From Zootoca vivipara (Eukaryota), in NCBI RefSeq assembly GCF_963506605.1, contig NC_083276.1, positions 23,436,001 to 23,500,000 of the forward strand: a stretch of 64,000 nucleotides of DNA, read 5' to 3'. The translations under genes and the position numbers were made by a program. Shown here one piece after another: positions 25,634 through 37,179 of this stretch. Below the pieces are notes generated by a model. The model saw only the letters and a program-made list of their open reading frames with translations, searched no databases and had not been told where the DNA came from. Each line of letters starts with the position of its first letter. Position 1 is the first letter of the stretch.

Positions 25634-27369
25634 GTGTTTAAATAATGTACTGGTATGCAGTGCTTTTTGTGTACTTCTGACACTGTGTGACTGTAGACAA
25701 AATAAGTGTGGATCCTACCAAGACATCACCATTTCGAAAACCAAGGATGGATAATTTTTAATTCTTTTTTTTTTTAAAGCCCACTTTTAGAATGAAGAGA
25801 GGAAAAACCCTGAAACTATATTCATGTACTGTATATGTTTAGATACATCATGTGGGAGATACATGTGCCCTGCAAACTGACAGCAGTAAGCTATGCATAC
25901 TCAGAATAGACCCATTGAAATCAGTCTATTATTTCTGTGAGTTTTCTCTGGTTATGACTTCGTTGGCTACCACCCTGAAGTTACAAACGGCATCACTGTA
26001 CTTTGAATTTTGTATTTAAATCAGTGCTAATTTTTATATATATACACACACTTTAAGACGCTCATGAAATGTACAGATTTCATATTGGAACCAGCATTTG
26101 CAAGAAGATAGCACTTAAAGCAGTTACTTTTTTTGTACTTAACTTTTTCTTTTGTGTTATTCTAAAAACTCCCAATAGCGCAATATTTCAGAGGTATATA
26201 ATATGTAAGGGGGAAAGTAGGGGTTTGATGAGTCTGCTGGTTTATAGTGTGCAGAGGGAAGTGGGAAGAAATGGGAAGTGACAATGACACGTACAGTTTG
26301 AAGTGTCATAAAATGAGCAAGGACAGTGTCTGCTTTGAAAGAATGCTAGGTTTAGAAGAACGAAGAAGTAAGGAGGAATGGTTACAGCTGGCACTTTTTT
26401 TTTTAAGCTAAGAAAAGGAAAATTCTTTTTGCTTACAGTTCTAGGCCAAAAGGGGGAAAAGGCATTTCCTAATATGGTATGTAGATCCCAGAAGCTCCAA
26501 AATTAATGAAGTATATTCTCAGTATTATTCTTTCAAAAATATATGTATTGAAAACTGGTTGCTACTACTGGTTGAAATCAAGGTGGATGCAGGTGAAATT
26601 GAAGCACTTTCTTCCTCTTATTTATCTAGGGAAACATACTAGTATGTTTTAAGTGGTTGACATACCCATTACTAAGTCGTTTTTACTTTTTGTTTTAGAA
26701 AAAGTTTTTTAAGACGGAGTCAGTGAGTGAGAGGAACTTGTATGTGAGAGTGGGTTACTGGTTTACATGCTTCAGCAGGGAGGCTGCACTATCAACCCTT
26801 CTAGTTTTATGTCCCCCTGTCAAGGGAATCAAAAAGTATATTAGGTTCAATCTAATCCCTTCAGTGACGTTGAAAGGAGATAAGAAGGAAGGGGTATGCA
26901 TTTTGATAGGTCTGCAATCACTTGAAGAACCAGAAACGGCAAGTGTTCTAACTGGATGGCTATGGAAGGGATACAAAATTAACAGGTTTCCCATAATTGC
27001 TTAAAATGGAGAGGTGCTCATTCTCTCTACAGGCACTTAGACCATAAACTTATTTTAATAAGTAAATAAGCTGTTTCAAAGCACCTCTGGCTGTGCTTTT
27101 GGGATTGTGGTGAGCTCTTTAGTCAGGAATCAAATTGATCTATGTGTGAGGTACATGCCTCTAGGTATTATTTTTCTTCTCTTGAATTTTGAACACGCCT
27201 GTCCTTGCTGTGTACCACCCCCAATGAGATGAGGTTAAACTACTGTCCAAAGAGGTTTATGGCATACCTTGAAGAATCTCATTAGGTCTCGCGTCATGTT
27301 TTAGAGCTGGCCCAAGAGCACTGGGCCCGGACACTTTGGCTGCTTTCGATATCACTGATGCGAATTTAC

Positions 27370-27469
27370 ACTGTGTAGACTCAGTTATGTTGGTCATTTC
27401 TCTGTTTGAAGTCAGTCTGACTGTGTAGACTCAGTTATGTTGGTCATTTCTCTGTTTGAAGTCAGTCTG
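27370..27469. repeat. Perfect 2 x 50-bp tandem duplication in the PTPN21 3'UTR
   Basis: ACTGTGTAGACTCAGTTATG...GAAGTCAGTCTG occurs twice. Confidence 0.95.
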
Positions 27470-29967
27470 GATGAGCCACTTTTGCTGCCAGCCTTTAGCT
27501 GTTGACCACCACCAGCAGTTTCTGCAAGTTTTGAGTTTGTGGCATTTTGGCTGAATTCCTTGACTCAGCATTTTATTCATAGATTCTGGAAATGCAGCAT
27601 TTTTTCAAGAGAGCTTTCCCTCAAGCCGGGTCCCATATGTCAACATTGAAAGGTGGGATGAGTTTAGGCAGGGAAGGGAGCACAGAGGGATTTGGAAGTG
27701 TCCTGAATGCACAATATGGCAGTCAGAAGGGCTTGTCTTCTTATGTGAAGTCAGAGACCAAAGAGCAGACCGGGTAACTGAGGGCCCTCCAGATGCTGAA
27801 CTATAACTCCTAAAGACTCTGCCTATTGGCCAGAAGGCTTGACCTGTTGGGAACTGTAGTCCAGCGCCATCTGGAGGGCCAACGGTCAATCTCACTATAA
27901 AGAATTGCTTTTAATATTTTGCTTTTAATTTTCTGGTTTGTGTTTCCTCTCTTGGTTGTATCGGACTTTCCCTGGAGATGTAGTTTGGCGCAATAGTTTC
28001 TGTATAATGGGACTGAGACTCTGTTTATCTAGTAGCCTTGCTTGCACAGCACAAGGAGGAAGGGAGAGCACCGCATTGGCTACCTCTGCGTAACTAAGCA
28101 TGCCCTCCGATATGTGCAGTTCAGAAACACCTTGTGGCGCAATATTCCAGTGTCTGCTCTAAGCACAGCACAGAGAGTCACAGAACTCTAGTCTCTTACC
28201 AATGGAGGCTCAAGTCTCTCCCCACAGCAAGCCCGTTGCCCTGCAAACCATTGCTTAGATTGCGTGGCAAGTTGCTTTTTGAAAACAGAGGAAAGTGGTT
28301 TGGGATGGAAAAATAGGAGGTGCGAGGTGGGGGAGGGGGATTTTGAATATGTACAAGACTTTGGGATGGGAAAGGGAGATCTCCAAGTGTGTCTTTTACT
28401 GAAGTTTCCTTGGTTTTCCTCTGTCTCTGTACAGCCAAACATTTTGGGATGGGTAGAAATGCAAGCTGTAATGGTGAATATTTTAGAACTCTGGCAAAAC
28501 TCTGGCAAGAGAAAAGAGCATTCTTGCTGTGAATGGACAAGGGGGTGTGTGTTTCTTCCCCACTTATCCTGAACTGGCCTTTTCGGTGATTCTGATTTCC
28601 TTGAAGCTGCATTTCATATCTCAAAAATGCAAAATCAGTGAACTTAATAGAAGTGGTTTGTTTGTTTGTTTGTTTGTTTTGGTATGTGTAGCCAAAACGT
28701 ACATTGACATGATGCTGTCTTGTGAAGAAAGTGCCACAATTTCCCACCCCCCAAAAGACCTGTGGTGCTAAATGAGGTAGTGTTTGACCCAGTTACTATA
28801 GATTAAGCAAGACATGGAAAACTACTGAGAGAGTTAGAGATCTGCAGCTGTTTTAGTCACGCTAAACTCCCTCTTGAAACAGCTTGAAAATAAAATCTCC
28901 CTAAATGAATAAAGGGAATTTGCATGCCATTTTATTTCACTGGAATGTCCCAATATGCGTCGAGGGTGTTTGAAACAATCTAAACGGAACCTTAAGGAAG
29001 ATTCTGGAAGGAAAATGACCAGTCAGGTGATCTAACCCATTTTCTTACTAAAGGTAAGAGAACTTTTATCAAAACAGGTGTGTGAGGTTCCTTTTCCTGA
29101 ATGGCTCTTGGGCCCAAAACTTAACTTCGCTGCTGGCTTAATCTAGCTAGGATGTGAGTCTGTGTTCATTTGCTCCTACGGTAGTTTGGAATTGCCCCCC
29201 CCCCCAATCCAATTCTCAGCTGCTCCTGTCATGTTTCTGTGTAGGGGCTACATGGGTAAGGCAAATGATGTTGTATTGCTGTGGGAAGGAACCATGTCTT
29301 GCGCATGATCCTTCCATGTTGCTGGACTCCCAACTTTGCATCATTTCCAGCTAGCATGGCCGTTGGTGATGGGAGTTTCAGTCTACCAACATCATTAAGG
29401 GCATTCCTGATCTGCACGATTCCACCGTAGTGTGAAGACATGAGACTGGGCCACAAAGAAGCAGTTCCCATGCCATTCTGGAAATGTGTGAATCTGTCTA
29501 GGGCTGGAAGCTTGTTAGGGAGCAGGGTTGACCTTGCAAGTTTTCCTGAGATTCGGAGACTTCAACATCTCATTGGCCATAATTGGGTGCTCAGATTTAA
29601 TTGTATGTGAGTGAAAGATGCTGGATCTTGGGCTCTATTTCCACTACTTGTTTTTTTTTTTGTGCCAGTATACAGGGATTTATAAATTTCTTTCCTTTAA
29701 CAGTAGCACATGTCTCCTACTCAAGTATTATTTTTCTAGCATCAAGCTAAAGTTTTGTTTTTGTTTTTTAAAAAGTTTGCTCTGCTTTGTGTCTCCTCTC
29801 AATCAGTACTGTAAAAAATGTAAAATTTCTTCAGCTTTAAACCGTGTACAATTGAAATGGGGTTTGTAAAACAATGTACAAATTGTATTTGATAGACAGA
29901 AAGGCTTGTTTTTTTGATATGTAATATATGTGAAATGAATTATATCATAGTCTATTTTTGCCATGGA

Positions 29968-29973
29968 AATAAA
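29968..29973 (+). terminator. Probable PTPN21 polyadenylation signal (3'UTR ~25402-29990)
   Basis: AATAAA preceded by a UGUA-rich AT-rich block and followed by T/GT-rich sequence (gttttgttc). Confidence 0.6.
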
Positions 29974-30419
29974 TATTTGAAGCGCTTACATACTAGTTTT
30001 GTTCTATTGCTGCATGAAATGTTTTAAGAGGAAGAATCTTTGGAGTGCAGTCCAAATGGTTTCGTAACCCGAAAGCTGATGCCAGAAATGGATTGGTGTT
30101 TATTGCACTTGCTTACTGCTATATTATATTTTAGCCAGACAATCCAGTGAAGGGAACAAAGGATCCCAAAGCAAGGCTCTCCTACAGTTGGCAAAGACCG
30201 AAGGAAACTAGTTAATGGGAGATTTGATATGGAGCTTTGGATCACTCTAGCAAGAGTGGGGAAGCTCAGGCTCATGGTCCAAATGTGGCCCTCTAAGCCT
30301 CTCTAGCAGGCCCTCAAGATTCTCCTTAGACATACCACTGAGTTCTTTTTCCTGTCTGGAATGTGTTGTTGAACTCTTAAAATGTATCCCTGGATACATA
30401 GAGGGGTGTGTGTGTGTAA

Positions 30420-30885
30420 TAATAGTAATATTATTATTATCATTATTATTCATACCCTGCCCATCTGGCTGGGTTTCCCCGGCACTCTGGGCATCTCCCA
30501 ACAGAATATTAAAAACACGATGAAACAACACACATTAAAAACTTCCCTAAACAGGGCTGCCTTCACGTCTTCTAAAAGTCAGATAGTTGTTTATTTCCTT
30601 GACATCTGATGGGAGGGCGTTCTACAGAGCAGGCGCCACCACTGAGAAGGCCCTCTGCCTGGTTCCCTGTAACTCTGCTTCTCGCAGTGAGGGAACCGCC
30701 AGAAGGCCCTTGGCGCTGGACCTCAGTGTCTGGGCAGAACGATGGGGGTGGAGACGCTCCTTCAGGTATACTTGGCCGAGGCCGTTTAGGGCTTTAAAGA
30801 TCAGCACCAAACACTTTGAATTGTGCTCGGAAACCTACTGGGAGCCAATGGAGGTATTTCAGCACTGGTGCTACATGGTCTCGGC
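30420..30885 (-). mobile_element. L2 LINE 3' fragment
   Basis: Reverse complement of the 33405 family (FKALNGLGQVYLKERLHP). Confidence 0.88.
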
Positions 30886-31565
30886 TAGCTTACAGTACGA
30901 AGTGAAAATTCACATTCATGCCTTCAACCATTTTTGCCTCTGCCCCCAACTGCTGCTGGCGTGTGGTTTCAGTGGGTGGCCTCTGTTGCCAAACCCTTAC
31001 TTTCATTTCTTAGAGTGTGTCATCTTGTCCAACCCCCTGCAATGCATTTCTTCCTCACTTGAGCAGAACTTCCGCCATATTGTTTCTGATGTCTCTTAAT
31101 AACAAAGAAAACAAAAGTTATTTTCACCGACTGCTGCATGCCTGGTTTGGAGGAGATGGATATTTGCTAGTAACTGAAAACAACAACAACACACTTGTTT
31201 GAACCTGAACTATACAGTTTGGCCCTTAGTAGCACTACTGGAAAAAAGAATCCAAACCCTCTCCACGAATTCAGTTTCTGACTAATTCCATTTCCAGAAT
31301 TATTTGCCTGTGAGTGGCAGCCAAACACCCAAATTTAAACCAAACATCTGTCACCCTAGACATAGCAACTTGGTATTATTAACAGTGCTGCATATTTCCA
31401 GGACTTAAGGTATCTTGTGCTTAATGAACAAAGCATCTGGCAAGAATTTTGGAGGACTCACCGAACAGCTTGCTACTGTCTGACTTTATTTTTGTGTGAC
31501 TCAACAAGATTATTATTAGCAATGGTAAAGTGGGTGCCATGTGCCTTATTTAAATTTAGAGCGCC

Positions 31566-31566
<1 letters not shown>

Positions 31567-31616
<50 letters not shown>
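31567..31616. repeat. (TTTC)n microsatellite
   Basis: Read directly from the sequence. Confidence 0.95.
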
Positions 31617-32063
31617 GAGAATGCTGTTGTGCTCATCTGTCCAGTAAAGGAAAACAAGAGATTTTTCACTGTGATTCAAAGTTCATAAAAGGAAAGCGTT
31701 TGTCAAGTCCAGCTCATGTTGCTAAATGATCTGATGCAGCCCAAAATACCATATTTTAATGATTCTGTTTTGTTTACTTCTATTTAATGGAATCTGTGTC
31801 GACTTCCTTTATTTATTAGTCAGTGTATGACTAAAGGACTAATTTAGAATGGAAGGGAGGGAATCTGCACTCATACTCACATCTCCAGCTATGTAGTCCA
31901 GTCTCCACTGGACGCAGAAGTATTTATGAAGACAAATGACAAAGTGATAAAGGCAAACACAGAAAACAGAACACAGCTGTATGTAAACCAAACCTAAAAA
32001 AATCTAGGGCCAAAGTGGTTTTATTGGGTGTTATATTGGGGTGGATGAAGTGATTATTGCTTA

Positions 32064-32303
32064 CAGTGGTACCTCTACTTACGAATTTAATGCGTTCCGA
32101 ACGCACATTTGTAAGTCGAAAATTGTAAGTCGAATCCCATAGGAATGCATTGGGAGAAAAAATTCGTAAGTCGAAGCAACCCTATCTAAAAATTCGTAAG
32201 TAGAAAAAATCCTATCTAAACCGCATCCAAGATGGCGGACGGAGCTCCATTCGTAAGTAGAAACATTCGTAAGTAGAGGTATTCATAAGTAGAGGTACCA
32301 CTG
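32064..32303. mobile_element. Tc1/mariner (Tigger-like) MITE
   Basis: TIR CAGTGGTACCTCTACTTA; TA TSD; internal TTCGTAAGT repeats. Confidence 0.85.
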
Positions 32304-33404
32304 TATATATATAGCGGACAGATGAAGAATGGGAAGTTCTTTAGTTTCAGAACTATGTACTCATTCTCTTTTAAGTTCTTTTCTGCCTCTCTTTATTTCT
32401 CTATGTTTTTATCTTATTCAGATTAATGTTGAATAAAAGCGATATTTGGTATTAAGTTTTGTATTTCTCTTTACAAACACTGATAAAATTTATTTTTTTA
32501 ATTAAAAAAAAACTGGGACCAATTTTTTTTTGGGAGGGGGCTGTATAAAAAGTGATACTGCCTAAGCAACTAAAACACAGACAACAAACAATTTTTTATC
32601 TTTAAGAATAAGAACGGGAAGGGTACTGTGAGGGATACATAAATGCAAGCTGAACAAAGGCCACCAAACTCTTGCTGACATTCGGAGACTAATGAAATGA
32701 CTAATTTCCCCCTTATCTATATTATGACTTTGCATGCATTGGAAGAAAAAGGAATCAGAATTGCAGGCGGGCACTGAAGATCCCCACCCTCTTGACTTTC
32801 TTTCTCTTCTAAACAGATGGCCTTGATCCAGCTCTAGGTACCCTCAACTAATAGTGCATGCTTATTTGCGGCTCTGGATAGAGATGAGAAGGCCTAGCAA
32901 AATTAGCCCCATTACCCCCTTATCATCTCAATGTTACGAATGCCCCACATGTTCTGTGACTACAAAGCTCTTACTACTAGATGGTGGCAGCCTTATGTCA
33001 GAACTGGAATACTTCGTGATAGGTATGAAAATTTCTGCTGTAGAAAATATTTCTCGGACCCTGGGCTGGTTGGAGCTGGGATCAATCAGGAAGCGTATTG
33101 CACATATCCGCATTAGCGGTATTGTTTATGCCCTTGTCACACATGCAGCAGTGAGCTGTCCTGCTACCGCCTGAAAGGATCAGTCCCACCAGAAGATGGG
33201 AAACACTTGTTATCGTGCCGATCACCTGCTGACAGGTGGAGTGCTGGGACTCAGCCCCTCCAATCAGCTGATCCATGCTTTCAGAGCTGACGGTACCACA
33301 CATCTGTTTGGGCACTGCATTGCAGCCACCGTAATAAACGTGACAACTCTGGTTGAGAAAACTCTGCACTGGAATGCATACAGCCGTAATAAATCCATCT
33401 GGTA

Positions 33405-33960
33405 CGCAGGCGCTCTACATGGGGCTACCTTTGAAGGTGACCTGGAAACTACAATTAATCCAGAATGCGGCAGCTAGACTGGTGACTGGGAGCAGCCGCC
33501 GAGACCACATAACACCGGTCTTGAAAGACCTACATTGGCGCCCAGTACGTTTCCGAGCACAATTCAAAGTGTTGGTGCTGACCTTTAAAGCCCTAAATGG
33601 CTTCGGTCCAGTATACCTGAAGGAGCGTCTCCACCCCCATCATTCTGCCCGGACACTGAGGTCCAGTACTGAGGGCCTTCTGGCGGTTCCCTCGTTGCGA
33701 GAAGCCAAGTTGCAGGGAACCAGGCAGAGGGCCTTCTCGGTGGTGGTGCCCGCCCTGTGGAACACCCTCCTATCAGATGTCAAAGAGAAAAACAGCTACC
33801 AGATTTTTAGAAGACATCTGAAGGCAGCCCTGTTTAGGGAGGCTTTTAATGTTTAATATATTATTTTATTTCATTTTTCTGTTGGAAGCCGCCGAGAGTG
33901 GCTGGGGAAACCCAGCCAGATGGGCGGGGTATAAATAATAAATAATAATAATAATAATTA
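33405..33960 (+). mobile_element. L2 LINE 3' fragment
   Basis: ORF2 C-terminus LQLIQNAAARLVTG..HITPVLKDLHW.PVRFRAQFKVLVLTFKALNG; (TAA)n tail. Confidence 0.9.
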
Positions 33961-34060
33961 TAAATCACTGGGCCAGGGCATGTGTGTTAAAACAAATGGT
34001 TACTTTGCGCAGGCACATCAATTCAAAGACTGTATTTTACCGTTGCAAATGTTATATTCA

Positions 34061-34066
34061 TTTATT
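34061..34066 (-). terminator. Probable SPATA7 polyadenylation signal
   Basis: TTTATT on + (AATAAA on -), about 300 nt past the stop codon. Confidence 0.65.
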
Positions 34067-34361
34067 ATAAATAAATCTTATAAATAAATCACACCTGCCT
34101 TTAAAATATATAGAAAAGTTCTACATTCAGGAGTTTTCAGCACTTAATCTCATTACATGTCAGCTACCCACTACCGTGTATGTGTGAGGACTCAATTCGC
34201 TACAGCCTGATTCGTAAAATACTCGGGCCCCTTTTTTATGAGTGCATCCAAAAGAGAAGGTTTTGAAAGAGGGGGGGGGGTTGTCATTTGCTATCGTTTT
34301 ATTTAGTTTGCAAAGTTCAGATATCTGCACCTCTGGCTGGCCTGGTGCTTTGCTGCTAGTT

Positions 34362-34841
34362 CTACTGCACGTTGTCGGTGGAGATGGGAAGGGATTCTGC
34401 AAAGCTTTCTTTGAGCTCGTCGACTTCCCTCAAAGAATCGCTCGTTTCAAAGTCAGCGTCGCAGGTGGTTGAGCTGAGTGCCGGCGGCAATGTGCACGAG
34501 GTATCCGCAGTTTCATCGGTGACCACAAAGGAGGAAGGATCCAGCCCCACGCTCGCTGGTTCGCTCAGATTTTGGGGAAAGCTACCCTTTCCCTCCACCT
34601 TCTCAGAGTCATCGCTGTGTACAGGAGATACAGCGGGATCGTTTCCATTTAAACCCACCGCTTTTAACAGCCCCTCGCTTTTTGCTGGCTTGTTTTGTCT
34701 TTGAGCTTTGCTGTGATGTTGGCGGTGCTCAGCTGGCTCTGGCCTGTGCAGACCAAACATGTCCAAGCCTCCCGCAGGCTTCTCCTCCTTGCTGCAGCCC
34801 AAGTCTACTTTCAGAATCTCCAGCAGATGGCGCATTTTGGT
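34362..34841 (-). CDS. SPATA7: SPATA7 last coding exon (12) with stop
   Basis: TKMRHLLEILKVDLGC...PISTDNVQ*; ORF 34362-34835. Confidence 0.93.
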   Translation of the reverse strand, partial: TKMRHLLEILKVDLGCSKEEKPAGGLDMFGLHRPEPAEHRQHHSKAQRQNKPAKSEGLLKAVGLNGNDPAVSPVHSDDSEKVEGKGSFPQNLSEPASVGLDPSSFVVTDETADTSCTLPPALSSTTCDADFETSDSLREVDELKESFAESLPISTDNVQ

Positions 34842-35068
34842 CTTAAGATTTCAAGGAGGAAAGAAGAGGAGAGTTCGGAAAAACAATTTTAGATTTATTT
34901 ATTCATTTTCAAAAGATATATTGTGCAAAGATATATTGTCCAAATAGGTCATTTTCAACCCAGGCTTTTCTAGGTAACTGAAACTGAAATATATATTTTA
35001 AAAAACCTGCTTATTCCCTGTCATACTGTAATGCATCCGCTTCAAAGTGCGACCATCATCTTCCAAAG

Positions 35069-35204
35069 CAGGCACCCCCAAACTTTGGCCCTCCAGATGT
35101 TTTGGACTACAATCCCCATCTTCCCCGACCACTGGTCCTGTTAGCTAGGGATCATGGGAGTTGTAGGCCAAAACATCTGGAGGGCCGCAGTTTGGGGGTG
35201 CCTG
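35069..35204. mobile_element. hAT-type MITE (same broad family; decayed copies near 13641, 16670, 27775, 39100, 52340, 55165, 59030)
   Basis: TIR CAGGCACCCCCAAACT; 8-bp TSD TTCCAAAG. Confidence 0.85.
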
Positions 35205-35252
35205 TTCCAAAGCAACTACTTTATTCCGAACTTAAAAATGTAAGCATAATGC

Positions 35253-35594
35253 TGGTGGTCAACAAAAGACTCTCTCAAGGCCAATCTTTTAAAAATGTAG
35301 TATAAACACCAACAACTGGGAAACACTGACCCGTGAGCGCTCCAGTTGGAGAACAGCCTTTACCAAAGGTATCATGGGCTTTGAAGATGCTCAAACTCAG
35401 GACAAATGGAGAAATGTGCTATGGGGAAGGTACGCTTGGCAAACCCTCACTGTGATCAACTCCCGCCTGGAAACCTATGTCCCCGCGGTGGAAGGACGTG
35501 TGGATCCAGAATTGGCCTCCACAGTCACTGTGAAGACCGTGTTCATAGAAGACAATCTTACTCGGCTACGAGCGATCGCCAAAGAAAGTAGAAG
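35253..35594 (+). mobile_element. RTE-clade LINE 3' fragment
   Basis: Degenerate C-terminal zinc finger CPRGGRTCGSRIGLHSH; flanking ATAATGC repeat. Confidence 0.75.
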
Positions 35595-36088
35595 ATAATG
35601 CATCCAAGAATGAGCAGTTCAGTACAAATTCTCAAATGGGTCTATATAACATGTATGTATATGAAATAAGGAACTCTCTACGTACGTGTGTGTGTGTGTG
35701 TGTATTTTCTACTGTAGGGGAGGGGGACAGATTCACAGAGACAAGTGCTTATGTCAGTCAGCAGCTGTCTATGCATTTAATGCGAAGCCAAAAACTATGG
35801 TTTAGTTTAGTTAGTAAGTCATGCTTGTTCATGAATGCTCCATGTGCTTCTGCTTTGCTCAAGTGGGTAAATAAACTACAAACCTAACCTGTTCGTTTTG
35901 ACCTAACAACCCAGAATCGCCATCCAGCCTTAAGCCACGGTTTGTTGCTGACTTTGCAATAATGGTTTGTTAGGACAAAATAAACCACAATCTCAGGCTG
36001 CTCTTTGTGATTTGTTTGCCTGGCCATTCCAAGGGAAGAGCAAAGTGGGTGTAGCCTTATCAAATGGCCTTGTATACACAGGACATAC

Positions 36089-36146
36089 CTCATCCAGGTG
36101 GTTCTTATTTTGTTCTATGTGACGTTCAAATAACCTTTCCAGAGCC
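36089..36146 (-). CDS. SPATA7: SPATA7 exon 11
   Basis: ALERLFERHIEQNKNHLDE; aag|..|gtatgt. Confidence 0.93.
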
Positions 36147-37101
36147 CTTTTTTAAAAAAAGAAGAAACAAATTTTGCAATGAAGGTGCTGATCATTTTTC
36201 AGAAGGGAACAATTTTAAAAATTGCTAAAGGTGTCTAAACACCAACATTTACAAGTGTTTTCTAGAAAAAAAGCAGAAAAGAAGCAGCAGCTAAGATTCT
36301 CTTATTTATTATTTGCCAGGAATATTTCTCTATAAAATAAAACGCCATTAAGCAAAAGTTTAAAAAGTTATTAACAAAGTCAATAATTGACTCAGTCACT
36401 TGCACCTGCAGAACCTGCACTTCTACAAGTGCCCTGCAGTTTCCATATTGCATTCATCAGGAGTCAGGCCTTAGGGTGGCAGGATCTGTCCTTTGGAACT
36501 CCCTGCCTATTGACATTAGGCAAGTGCCATGTATTCTTTCTGATGCCTGCTTAAAATGCCTCTGTTTTGGGTGCTGGTTATTCCGATACACAACTTCGTA
36601 CATGCTTAATTGTCCTTAACTGCTTTTAGACGTTTTTAACACCCTTTGAATGTTTGAATGGGTTTTTATTTTATTTTTTAACTGTATTTTTATTGCAGAT
36701 ATGTTTACTGCCCAGGGCTCCTTTTGAAGGAAGGACATGATATAAATGGCTAAAAAAAGAGAGAGAAAAGGGTCATGTCCAATTATTTCCCTTTGCTAAT
36801 ACAACTCTCTTTGATCCAGTGGAAGCTTAAATGACTGAAAAGCAGGGGGCAAGCACTTATTGGTGATTCCCAGTTCCTTCTGCAGCCTAGAGGGCTACAG
36901 GATCCTTGGGAAGAGCATAGGTAGTTTTGCTGGATCCTTCCTACAGAACTGTTTTTGGTTTCCTCTTGTCTGTTAGACGTCTGCCTGACCAGACCTCTTC
37001 ACTTCTGCTCCCAATCACTTATATAATGCTTTTCACAGCATCGCTGAAAAGCTCTCTCTATATATTTTCAAAAATAAAATAAATCTCAAATATATCCAAA
37101 C

Positions 37102-37179
37102 CTGTTGGAAAACAATCCGAGCTTAAGAATCTCATCTGTTATGTCCTGGATGAAATTTAAATACAGAAGTTCTTCTTCT
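37102..37179 (-). CDS. SPATA7: SPATA7 exon 10
   Basis: EEELLYLNFIQDITDEILKLGLFSN(R); cag|..|gtttgg. Confidence 0.95.

Noticed and set aside
33353-33856. 167-aa ORF as a host gene
   Set aside because: C-terminal fragment of L2 ORF2, with several other copies in the window
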